Source: Poseidonia sp.
GTDB lineage: Archaea; Thermoplasmatota; Poseidoniia; Poseidoniales; Poseidoniaceae
Assembly (NCBI GenBank): GCA_038124565.1
Contig: JAYPCE010000004.1
Coordinates: 1-60,999 of the forward strand
Direction of reading: 5' to 3'
DNA: 60,999 bases
How positions within the stretch are numbered: the stretch's first letter is position 1; the number at the start of each line of letters is the position of its first letter. The notes under the pieces were generated by a model that did not search any database, was not told the DNA's origin, and saw only the letters and a list, made by a program, of their open reading frames with translations. Positions 1 to 8,775 of the stretch are shown here, in pieces. The position numbers and the translations under genes were made by a program.

Positions 1-744
1 TGGTTTGACCGGACAACGGCCATGCGCCTGTTGGCTGAGGGCAGCATTGAAAATTTGCATGGATTTTTCTCTCAGTCTGGTGAGGGTTATGAGACATCCG
101 TAGAGCTCGGAAAGGACGGCAAAGTCACCGCAAAAGGCGCCTCCAACAACACTGCTACCGATGATGACAAAGTCCTGTGTTCCTGTCCGATATGCGACCA
201 CGGTGATATACGAATCACGTCAACATCCTATGTTTGTGACCATGATGGCTGTACATTCAGAGGCATGCAGAACATCATGTGTCAACGACCTATTACACCT
301 GATGAGGCCAAAGTAATATTCACCAATGGGAAATCGGCTTTGCTGGAAGATTTTACTTCAAAACGAAACAAACCCTTCAAGGCATACCTCATGATTGAGA
401 AAAACCGTATCACCTTTGATTTTCCTCCGCGAGAAGCAAGCGCTGACACCAAACGGTTTCCGGTTGAACCCGGTGTGGTGGGTATTTGTCCAACGCACAA
501 CGCCAACATCGTAGAAACCGAAACGCATTACGTCGTTGAGGATTCTACGTCCGGTTGTAAGATTCACATCGAACGGTGCATCTCAAAACGGGACATTACA
601 AGAAATGAGGCCAAAACGCTGATTGAGAGCAAAGGTTTGGGGCCGTTTGATGATTTCGTGTCAAAGAAAACTGGAAATCCCTTTGCGGCTTCCCTGTATT
701 TGAGGAAAAACGAAACCGTTGCATACAAATTCGCAAAACGTTGA
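1..744 (+). CDS. Type IA DNA topoisomerase, C-terminal fragment (5' end outside window)
   Basis: The frame is open from nt 1, so the ATG at 22 is internal. It contains repeated topoisomerase C-terminal repeat patterns (NLHGFFSQSGEGYETSVEL, GKSALLEDFTSKRNKPFKAYLMI, GLGPFDDFVSKKTGNPFAASLYL) and a Cys-rich Zn-ribbon (CSCPICDH...YVCDHDGC). Confidence 0.6.
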   Translation, partial: WFDRTTAMRLLAEGSIENLHGFFSQSGEGYETSVELGKDGKVTAKGASNNTATDDDKVLCSCPICDHGDIRITSTSYVCDHDGCTFRGMQNIMCQRPITPDEAKVIFTNGKSALLEDFTSKRNKPFKAYLMIEKNRITFDFPPREASADTKRFPVEPGVVGICPTHNANIVETETHYVVEDSTSGCKIHIERCISKRDITRNEAKTLIESKGLGPFDDFVSKKTGNPFAASLYLRKNETVAYKFAKR

Positions 745-790
745 ACGCTGTCAAAGGAAGGTTGAAACACAACCGACCGAAGCCTCCATC

Positions 791-2005
791 ATGGAGCGGT
801 ATGACTACGATGTCATCATTGTAGGCGCCGGACCTGTTGGTGGAAGAGCAGGAACATTGCTTGCTGAACGCGGCTTAAATGTCCTGATCCTCGAAGAGCA
901 TGCAGAGATTGGGCGCCCCTTCCAATGTGCTGGTTTGGTAACCCCCTCGGCCATGGAAGTCGTTGATGCCCACCACACGGTATTGGAAGAGGTAGATGGT
1001 GCACTCATTCATGGCCCGAGTGGAACGCTGGTGCCCGTTGGAACAGAAGGTGTGTTGCGAACCTATGTTGTCTGCCGAAAGCGATTTGACCAGTTTGTCG
1101 TCCAACAAGCAATGTTGGCGGGTTGTGAACTATGGTTAAATTCCCACCCTGTTGAGGCCGAGGTTCACAACGAAGGCGTGCTCCTGAGCGTGGAGATTGA
1201 TGGTGATACGAAATCACTCTCTTGCAAACTCTTGATTGGAGCAGATGGTGCACACAGTTGGGTGCGTCGTACGTTTAAGATGGGACGGCCCAAAGAATTG
1301 ATGATAGGATTTCAAACGGAAGTGGTTGGCTACGAAAGTCGTGACCGCTGGCTTGAGATGTACAGCGGAACAGACATTGCACCGGGTTTTTTCGCATGGG
1401 TCATTCCTTCTGGTTACGGAACACACCGAATAGGTCTGTGGTCAACCGCTGACCGCCTCAATGGCCGAAGCATTGAATCCTGCTACCAAGATTTGCTTGA
1501 CCATCCACTTTGGCGAGAACGCTTCCACAATGTCAGAGAGGTTGCCTCGTATTGTGGACCTGTTCCTTCTGGCATGGTCAAACGCCCAGTCAAAGATAGA
1601 GTGATGTTGTTGGGTGATGCAGCAGGAATGGCGAAACCAACAACGGGCGGTGGGATTGGCCCAGGCTTTCACCAAATACAATCCATCATCGACCCGTTGG
1701 TGTCAGCCGTTAATAATGACATGTTAACTGAGTCCCATCTGAAATCCATTGTGAAGAAACCCTGGGACAAAATGCGAAGAGAGCAAGACAAGGCTCGTGC
1801 CTTGCGCAACCTTCTGGTGAGCGATTGCAGCGATGCAACCTTGGACAAGCACTTCAACGCATTCGCCCATCCAGATACATTGGCGCTCATCAACGCAGTG
1901 GGTGACATTGAGCAACCTGTTCCGCTTGGAATGGCGTTGTTACGCCAAGTTCCTGCCTTCCGCCCATTGGCCGTGAAGGCGGGTGTTCGCCTGTTGTTGT
2001 CATGA
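791..2005 (+). CDS. Geranylgeranyl reductase family FAD-dependent oxidoreductase (digeranylgeranylglycerophospholipid reductase-like)
   Basis: From the ATG at 791 the protein begins MERYDYDVIIVGAGPVGG, a Rossmann FAD motif. GADGAHS and GDAAG motifs are also present. At about 405 aa it has the typical length for archaeal GGR. Confidence 0.85.
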   Translation: MERYDYDVIIVGAGPVGGRAGTLLAERGLNVLILEEHAEIGRPFQCAGLVTPSAMEVVDAHHTVLEEVDGALIHGPSGTLVPVGTEGVLRTYVVCRKRFDQFVVQQAMLAGCELWLNSHPVEAEVHNEGVLLSVEIDGDTKSLSCKLLIGADGAHSWVRRTFKMGRPKELMIGFQTEVVGYESRDRWLEMYSGTDIAPGFFAWVIPSGYGTHRIGLWSTADRLNGRSIESCYQDLLDHPLWRERFHNVREVASYCGPVPSGMVKRPVKDRVMLLGDAAGMAKPTTGGGIGPGFHQIQSIIDPLVSAVNNDMLTESHLKSIVKKPWDKMRREQDKARALRNLLVSDCSDATLDKHFNAFAHPDTLALINAVGDIEQPVPLGMALLRQVPAFRPLAVKAGVRLLLS

Positions 2006-2008
2006 GGG

Positions 2009-3157
2009 ATGGTTATGGGTCGATTGGAAGAAATCCATCGTGTGCGGTATCCCCCTTTTGAAGCAGCTCGCTGGATACCGATTTCCCTCCCTATCGCTGA
2101 ACAGATTCACGACTGTGGGGAGTTCGATAACGAAACGAAAGCGATTCAACATGCAATGGAGCGTGGACCTGGATTTCGGTTGGGTTCTGAACACAGTTGG
2201 CTCATGCAGCGAACATACATGTTTGATGGTCAAACAATGAATATCAATACTGAAACGCCAAAGTTGGAAGACGCTCCTTTCGTAGATCTCGTTAATCTCC
2301 AACGGCGAGGTTGGTATTTGATTCCCAATCCAATACACAACATCTTGAGGCGGTTTATCAACGGCGTAGTTATCGTTCTCTTGCTGAGTTTATTTTACTT
2401 GTTCATTTCACCAATCCTTATCTTCTTTGGTCTGCCTGTCTATGGATTGGAAACTGTTCGTTGGGGCTTGCTGGATTATCCGGCTCTTGCTGTCGTGGTC
2501 GTTCCCCTTATTTTTGCCCCGCTCGTGGTACGAGTTTTCGCGAATTTAATTGAACTGCGAAGACAAACATCGTTTCTGAATTCAAAACATGCTCAACCCA
2601 AGATTTCCTTCGTCACGCCTCCTGTTGCGAATGCTCCCCTGCAAGTGAACATTGTATTCCCTCAAAAGGATGATTCTTGGAATCAAATCGATGTGTTGTG
2701 GAGGGTTGGTGTGCTTCCACCGGCAAGAGAAATACTCCTGCACGAACTTGGACGAAACCCCCAACGGCAACCTCCTCCGGGTTTATCCACAGAATTACCA
2801 CATCACTGGGTGGTAGGCATGGACGACGGTACGGCTGGTGGAGAAGATGCACCCATGGAAGTCCAAGAAGTGCAAGGTGGACTCTATCTACGACCAATGC
2901 GCATTATGGCGAGCAGTGATGAAGTGCGGCTCAACGACGGCGGTACAACAGAATTGCTTCCTCCTGTTGGAGGCTGGCCGGGTTCGGTCAACACTGATTT
3001 GCTCAGGATTCACTGGGAGTGCATCGTCCGAATTGACCGTACGAAAGGTGGACCTCTCCTCTGGGTTGAACCGCTTCTTGTAGCGCACGCACCGGACACT
3101 GCCTTCGTTGAGGAACTCCCTCTGCACGATGGCCGCTCAGAGCTAGATACCATTTAA
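2009..3157 (+). CDS. Hypothetical membrane protein (2 predicted TM helices)
   Basis: A 382-aa ORF starts 4 nt after the GGR stop. Hydrophobic helices are GVVIVLLLSLFYLFISPILIFFGL and ALAVVVVPLIFAPLVVRVF. No recognisable family motif; start codon uncertain. Confidence 0.5.
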   Translation: MVMGRLEEIHRVRYPPFEAARWIPISLPIAEQIHDCGEFDNETKAIQHAMERGPGFRLGSEHSWLMQRTYMFDGQTMNINTETPKLEDAPFVDLVNLQRRGWYLIPNPIHNILRRFINGVVIVLLLSLFYLFISPILIFFGLPVYGLETVRWGLLDYPALAVVVVPLIFAPLVVRVFANLIELRRQTSFLNSKHAQPKISFVTPPVANAPLQVNIVFPQKDDSWNQIDVLWRVGVLPPAREILLHELGRNPQRQPPPGLSTELPHHWVVGMDDGTAGGEDAPMEVQEVQGGLYLRPMRIMASSDEVRLNDGGTTELLPPVGGWPGSVNTDLLRIHWECIVRIDRTKGGPLLWVEPLLVAHAPDTAFVEELPLHDGRSELDTI

Positions 3158-3194
3158 GCAACACATTGAAGGACAGACTCAACCACGAATCTCC

Positions 3195-6100
3195 ATGGAG
3201 AAACAACGTTGGACGGCGATGTTTTTCGTTTGCCTCATGAGTCTAGCAGGATGTTTGGGTGGTGCCGACACAATTGTTGAGGAAGAAGAGCCCGAGGTCA
3301 AAACCTACACCCTAAACACCACTTGGGTTCTCCAACCGAACGAAGTGCAACTCGGCGAGGAAGCGGTATTCATCTTTCAAGTGCAACAAACTGGTGAGGG
3401 CCAGTATACACCTTCCATCTCTGCGCTTGACCCTGATTTTGCACCGTTAGTCGTCCAGATGAACGAACAAAACACTGGCTACCAGTTTACATTTCTCCCC
3501 GTGAAAGTGGGCGAACACATCGTCTCCATCGATCTTTCAAATGCAGGACCAACCGAACTTGTTCCAGACTTTGAATCAATTGTGGTTGTTCTTGCTGTCC
3601 TACCACCGACCGAACCTGCACCCGTCCTTTCTACAGCCCCCCGACTGATTCTTGAAGAACCAAATGTTGTTTGGTTTGAAGGGTCTGTCTCGCACCGAAA
3701 TTTGGATTCCTGCTCCGTTCAATACAGCGTTTCGGACGGAGCAGAGGGGAACATTGCTCTCGACGAAGAAGGCACGTGGAAATTATTGCTCGATTTCACC
3801 GAAGCGACCTCATCCCACATCATCACCACAACCGCTACCTGCGGAGAATACAACGTGCTCAATGATGTCGTCACGACGCAGGTCCTCATTGAGGGGGCAG
3901 GCGACGACGAGGACGGAGATGGAGTCCAAAATGCAAACGACCGGTGTCCCTCAGGCGTGGGTGCGAACCAAGGGTGGCAGTCAACACCAGCCACAGACGG
4001 TGACGAAGATGGCTGTCGGGACAACGATGAGGACGACGACGATGATAATGATGGAATCGTCGACACTTATGATGGGTGCCCAACATCGTATGGATGGGTT
4101 AGCACGCCGAGTGCTGACTATGATTACGATGGATGTCATGATGCCGACGAAGACCTTGACGATGACAACGATGGTGTTGAAGACGAGGTTGACGATTGTG
4201 CCGTGGGGCGCAAAGGCTGGTACTCAAACCGATACAGTGACTGGGATAACGACGGTTGTTCCGACCTCGATGAAGACGATAACGATGACAACGATGACCA
4301 TCTTGATACCGATGACTTGTGCCCGAAGGGTGTTGCATCGTGGACATCAGATGAAACCTCTGATTGGGATGACGATGGATGTCAAGATGCGACAGAGGAT
4401 GAGGATGACGATAACGACAATGTCAACGATGTCAATGCCACGGGAGAAACACTGGACCGATGTCCACAAACACCACGCAACGCTTCTGATGTCGATGAAT
4501 TCGGGTGCGCTGCCGTTGAACGCGACACAGACAATGATGGAATCAATGACCTTGACGACCACTGTGAAGGAACGCCCTCAGGATTGCAGGTCAACAGTTT
4601 CGGGTGCGCTGACCTTGATGGTGATGGGGTGTATGCGAACGTAGACCAATGTGCAAACTCCCCGCAGCGGTGGAGCGTGAATGATGTAGGTTGCGCTGTG
4701 GTACAACTACCGGTACCTTGGACCGATAGCAGTTCATTGAACGGGCCGATGCAAACCGTGCCCCAATTTTCATTCCCCACGCTCAACGGTTCGTTCAATT
4801 TCAAGGACCGATGGACAGGACACGATGTGTACTTTTTCATGTTCAAATACACCGATTCTTCTGGAAACAACAACGGTGCAACATGGGGTCAAAACCCTGG
4901 GAAATTCATTCGAAATCTACCTGAGAATACCCAATTATTCTACGGTTCATTTGACAATTCCTATCACAACGACGTCATCCAACAACGCAATGCAGTTCTT
5001 GCTGGCCTTACTGCATCAGAAGAAGCCTACTGGGACGACCGAATTCACTACATTGATGTGGATGCCAGCAATCTCGGAGGTGGACTTGGCTCGATGATCT
5101 CCAACATCCGAAACCCCCTCTACATGGGCATTGACCGCTTCCAACTTGCACGAGAAACCGGTTCTCTCTATGCTTGGACATCGCAATCAAACGACCCGTT
5201 CCACCTTTCACATGAAACCAATCAATGGGTGGCCGAATTCCCAACAAAAATTCGAGCACAAGACCCTGCGGTTCATGCAGTGACCATCATGGATTTCCAG
5301 CGACACACGGGCGGTTGGGGCGGTGGTCATTCCTCCTTCAGCAACGCCACGTTCCAACTTCCTGAAAATTTGACTTCATATGATACGCTGGAAGTGTACC
5401 ACGAGCATGCATGCTACGAACGCGCAAATCGATACCAGAAGGCAGATGGAACATATGGGGGCTGCCACGAATGGGATTACTTGGCCTACCTCTATGTCTG
5501 CGATGCTTCAAACAACAGTGTTTGCGACACGGAGATGGTCCGATGGATCACCACATATGGCCGAGAAGGCATGTGGTTGACCGACATCTCACCGTATTTG
5601 TTCATGCTCAACGACGGAGAAGAGCGGCGATTCAAGTACGCTGGCGCCAATCGTGGAGACTTAACGGTCACGTTCTTATTCAGCGATTGGGGGAGCGGGA
5701 AGCGGTCTGTTAACGGCACATATGCGTTCAGTGGAGGTCAGTTTGACGGCACATACAACAATGAATCACGCTATTTACGACAACTCAATTTCACCATCCC
5801 TTCCTATGCCACGAGCGTAGAAATCGTTGCCACCATCACCGGTCATGGCTTCAACAAAGACACCGCAAATTGTGCTGAGTTCTGTGACCATCAACACTAC
5901 TACACCATGGGGACGCACCAAACCTATGAGTGGCATCCGATTGTCTACAGCAGCGAAGGTTGTGAACAAGAAGTCAACAACGGTGTCGTGGCCAACCAGT
6001 TTGGTTCATGGCCATTTGGTAGGGCAGGTTGGTGCGCTGGACAAGATGTCAAACAATGGACCTATGACATCACTGACTGGGTTGACAACAGCACAAGCAA

Positions 6101-6224
6101 TCACTTGGTCTATCGAGGATACTACAACGGTGCCGAGTATGTGCCGTCTGACGGAATCGGCAACGGTGGACGAAACATCAGGGCAGTGGTGTGGATTGTG
6201 TTCTACGGACCTACCACGGCTTAG
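3195..6224 (+). CDS. Secreted lipoprotein with thrombospondin type-3 (Asp-rich Ca-binding) repeats and a Cys-rich C-terminal globular domain (possibly PNGase F-like)
   Basis: The signal peptide carries a lipobox (MSLAGC). About 7 TSP3-like units are present (DEDGDGVQNANDRCP, DTDNDGINDLDDHCEG, DLDGDGVYANVDQC). The C-terminal region of about 500 aa contains CAEFCDHQHYY...FGRAGWCAGQD, which is reminiscent of the N-glycanase F C-terminal domain. Confidence 0.8.
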   Translation: MEKQRWTAMFFVCLMSLAGCLGGADTIVEEEEPEVKTYTLNTTWVLQPNEVQLGEEAVFIFQVQQTGEGQYTPSISALDPDFAPLVVQMNEQNTGYQFTFLPVKVGEHIVSIDLSNAGPTELVPDFESIVVVLAVLPPTEPAPVLSTAPRLILEEPNVVWFEGSVSHRNLDSCSVQYSVSDGAEGNIALDEEGTWKLLLDFTEATSSHIITTTATCGEYNVLNDVVTTQVLIEGAGDDEDGDGVQNANDRCPSGVGANQGWQSTPATDGDEDGCRDNDEDDDDDNDGIVDTYDGCPTSYGWVSTPSADYDYDGCHDADEDLDDDNDGVEDEVDDCAVGRKGWYSNRYSDWDNDGCSDLDEDDNDDNDDHLDTDDLCPKGVASWTSDETSDWDDDGCQDATEDEDDDNDNVNDVNATGETLDRCPQTPRNASDVDEFGCAAVERDTDNDGINDLDDHCEGTPSGLQVNSFGCADLDGDGVYANVDQCANSPQRWSVNDVGCAVVQLPVPWTDSSSLNGPMQTVPQFSFPTLNGSFNFKDRWTGHDVYFFMFKYTDSSGNNNGATWGQNPGKFIRNLPENTQLFYGSFDNSYHNDVIQQRNAVLAGLTASEEAYWDDRIHYIDVDASNLGGGLGSMISNIRNPLYMGIDRFQLARETGSLYAWTSQSNDPFHLSHETNQWVAEFPTKIRAQDPAVHAVTIMDFQRHTGGWGGGHSSFSNATFQLPENLTSYDTLEVYHEHACYERANRYQKADGTYGGCHEWDYLAYLYVCDASNNSVCDTEMVRWITTYGREGMWLTDISPYLFMLNDGEERRFKYAGANRGDLTVTFLFSDWGSGKRSVNGTYAFSGGQFDGTYNNESRYLRQLNFTIPSYATSVEIVATITGHGFNKDTANCAEFCDHQHYYTMGTHQTYEWHPIVYSSEGCEQEVNNGVVANQFGSWPFGRAGWCAGQDVKQWTYDITDWVDNSTSNHLVYRGYYNGAEYVPSDGIGNGGRNIRAVVWIVFYGPTTA

Positions 6225-7389
6225 GTGGCGGTGCAGTTATCGTTGCCTCAACCATCTCAGGGGTTTCAAGAAGGTCATAATCACTGTTGCGTCGTTGAGG
6301 TTGAAAACCAGCCCGTTGAATCGCCGATTGCAACTCAATCTCGGAGGCATCCATTTTTTTGGTTCCCGAGGCGGACACCACGTTTTCTTCCATCATGGTG
6401 GAGCCAGCATCATCGGCACCACCGAGAAGTGCCATTTGGGCAATGTGGAGTCCCATGGTGGGCCATGAGGCTTGGATGTGTTCGACATTATCCAAAAACA
6501 ATCGAGAAATCGCCACATGCCGCAGGTATTCTGTTGAACCTGCGCCGAGTTCATGCTTGTTTTGCCCACGATTGCGACGTCCAAATGAATTGACTTCAAG
6601 CTGAACGGGCCACGCAATGAATGAAGTGAAGCCGTGGCCGTGCTCAAGAAGAGAATGTTCCTGTAAGTCTCGAATTCTTCTCATGTGCTCAATTCTTTGA
6701 GCAGCACCTTCTCCAAAACCAATAACATTGGTCGCACTGGTCGTCAATCCGAGTGATTGGGCTTCACCCATTACCTTCAACCAGTTGTCAGGAGAACCCT
6801 TCTTCGGTGAGACATCCTTGCGGACTTGTTCCACCAACATCTCGGCACCACCCCCAGGTAAGCCATGCATTCCTGCTGCTTGCAGTTGCGTCAAGACCTC
6901 CAAGGTACTCATTTGGCATACTTCCGCCAGACCTTCAATCTCAATTGGACTAAAACAGTCCAAATCGATGGTGGGATGATGCTGGCGTAAATGGGTGATG
7001 CAGTCAAGGTACCATGAAAACGGCAAAGCTGGATTCACACCCCCCTGCATCAAAATTCTTGACCCCCCGATGGCCTCAAGTTCTCTCACACGTACTGAAA
7101 TTTCCTCATAGGATTGTGTGTAGGTTTCTTCGTGTCCTGGAGGCCGATAGAAGGAACAAAATTGGCAGTTGATGGTGCACACATTGGTGTAGTTGATGTT
7201 CCTATCAACCAAATAGGTCACGATTCCGTCAGGGTGCATCGCCATACGGCGGCGGTGAGCGGCTTGCATCAAGTCATGAAGAGGGGCATCCTCGTAGAGG
7301 ATTACTGCCTCTTCAAGTGACAATCGCAATGATTCAGAAGTCTCACGAGTCCATGCGGATTGGCGGTCAAGGATGGACGTCCAATGCAT
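6211..7389 (-). CDS. Radical SAM enzyme, MqnC/MqnE (futalosine pathway) / CofH-like family
   Basis: It has the radical SAM cluster motif NYTNVCTINCQFCSFYR, plus LPGGGAEML and MMEENVVSASG blocks typical of MqnC/MqnE-type enzymes. Length is 392 aa. Confidence 0.75.
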   Translation of the reverse strand: MHWTSILDRQSAWTRETSESLRLSLEEAVILYEDAPLHDLMQAAHRRRMAMHPDGIVTYLVDRNINYTNVCTINCQFCSFYRPPGHEETYTQSYEEISVRVRELEAIGGSRILMQGGVNPALPFSWYLDCITHLRQHHPTIDLDCFSPIEIEGLAEVCQMSTLEVLTQLQAAGMHGLPGGGAEMLVEQVRKDVSPKKGSPDNWLKVMGEAQSLGLTTSATNVIGFGEGAAQRIEHMRRIRDLQEHSLLEHGHGFTSFIAWPVQLEVNSFGRRNRGQNKHELGAGSTEYLRHVAISRLFLDNVEHIQASWPTMGLHIAQMALLGGADDAGSTMMEENVVSASGTKKMDASEIELQSAIQRAGFQPQRRNSDYDLLETPEMVEATITAPPPKPW

Positions 7390-7398
7390 GAGACCAAC

Positions 7399-8772
7399 TC
7401 AAGGGTGGGGCGTTCCAACGATCCGCTCAATATCATCCACCGTTTTTGGACAATCTTCAGTCAAGACCACTGGACCATCAGCTGTAACGAGCACATCGTC
7501 TTCAATACGAATACCGATGTTAGCGTAACGCTCAGGACACTCCACATCGGGTCGCCATGCCCCAAAGTATAGCCCGGGTTCTATCGTCAAGCACATGCCT
7601 GGCTCAAGGGTTCTTGGTGAGCCTCCGGGCTTGTAAATGCCTGCGTCGTGAACATCAAGGCCAATCCAATGGCTGGTATTGTGCATATACCACTTCCTTA
7701 GATCGCCCGTTTCCATATCAAGTGCCTCGTCGAGCGATTGTCCAATGACGCCGAGACGAATCAGTCCCTCGGCCAGAACTTTCCGGGCGGCTTCGTGGGG
7801 AGCGGTGTAAGGAAGCCCCACCTGACAGGCCTCAATAGCCGCGTATTGTGCTTCAAGAACGATTTCATAGATTTCTCGTTGTGCTTCAGAAAACTGACCT
7901 GAAATCGGCCATGAGCGCGTGATGTCGCTGGCATAGCCTCGGAATTCTGCGCCAGCGTCGATGAGGATGACATCCTCGTGATTGCATGTGTCTTGGTTGG
8001 TTGTATAATGCAAAATGGTAGCGTTTTCACCACACCCGACGATGGATGGGTACGACCAGCCCGAAGCCCCCGCATAGGAAAAGAACCCTTCAATGACCGA
8101 TTGGAGTTGGTATTCTGTGACGCCCTCACGACTGTGTCGCATGGCCAATTCATGGGCAATGCTGGCCACTTTGCTCGAATATATCATTTGCTCAATTTCG
8201 GATGCAGACTTGCGAAGTCGCAATTCAGCAATGAGACCAGAGGGGTCTTCAATTGAAACAGGGCCCGTACCAAAGTGTTGACGTGCACGGTCTCTTCGTC
8301 GGATAGCCTCTTCCACCACATCATCCACTACGGCATTGATGCCACCTCTCACGAAGACTCGATGTGTGGTGGTCAACCACTCTTGGAGGCATGCGACCAA
8401 TGCTTGGTTCTCGTAAGCCTCATCGACGGCAAACGCCTCCAGCGCCCCTTCTACACCCGGACGCCTTCCTTCCCATATTTCTTTGAGGGTGTCCTTGGGT
8501 TGAACGAAGAGCGCTGTCACCCATGCATCTCCATCGTTCCGCATGATAAACACACTTTCTGGTTCCGTCCACCCTGTGAGGTACAAAAGGTCGCTTGAAG
8601 TACGGTATCGGTAGTCTACATCGTTGGAACGAACGGCAAACGCAGGCGAGGAAAGGATAAACAAATCGTTCTTTCGAAACTGCGAGGTCAAGCGTTGCTG
8701 ACGCTGACGATACTCGTCTCTTCCGGTAGGTTCCGGCTGAGGCGGCAGACGAGCGAACGCTTCTGCGAACAT
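7399..8772 (-). CDS. pepP: Xaa-Pro aminopeptidase (M24B)
   Basis: M24 metal-ligand blocks are present (VILIDAGAEFRGYASDITRSWP, HNTSHWIGLDVHD, EPGLYF, IRIEDDVLVT), preceded by an N-terminal creatinase-like domain. Confidence 0.85.
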   Translation of the reverse strand: MFAEAFARLPPQPEPTGRDEYRQRQQRLTSQFRKNDLFILSSPAFAVRSNDVDYRYRTSSDLLYLTGWTEPESVFIMRNDGDAWVTALFVQPKDTLKEIWEGRRPGVEGALEAFAVDEAYENQALVACLQEWLTTTHRVFVRGGINAVVDDVVEEAIRRRDRARQHFGTGPVSIEDPSGLIAELRLRKSASEIEQMIYSSKVASIAHELAMRHSREGVTEYQLQSVIEGFFSYAGASGWSYPSIVGCGENATILHYTTNQDTCNHEDVILIDAGAEFRGYASDITRSWPISGQFSEAQREIYEIVLEAQYAAIEACQVGLPYTAPHEAARKVLAEGLIRLGVIGQSLDEALDMETGDLRKWYMHNTSHWIGLDVHDAGIYKPGGSPRTLEPGMCLTIEPGLYFGAWRPDVECPERYANIGIRIEDDVLVTADGPVVLTEDCPKTVDDIERIVGTPHP

Positions 8773-8775
8773 GGT

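Noticed and set aside
3652-4644. 330-aa plus-strand ORF in an alternative frame inside the TSP3 lipoprotein gene
   Set aside because: It is Met/Thr-rich low-complexity sequence produced by reading GAT/GAC/GAA-rich repeat DNA out of frame. It is fully nested in a well-supported gene that has a signal peptide and repeat motifs.
3900-4650. A possible CRISPR or tandem non-coding repeat array in the Asp-codon-rich DNA (also 10400-13300)
   Set aside because: The repeats are in-frame, degenerate, variably spaced coding repeats (DxDxDG units) inside long ORFs. There is no constant repeat with unique spacers and no cas genes.
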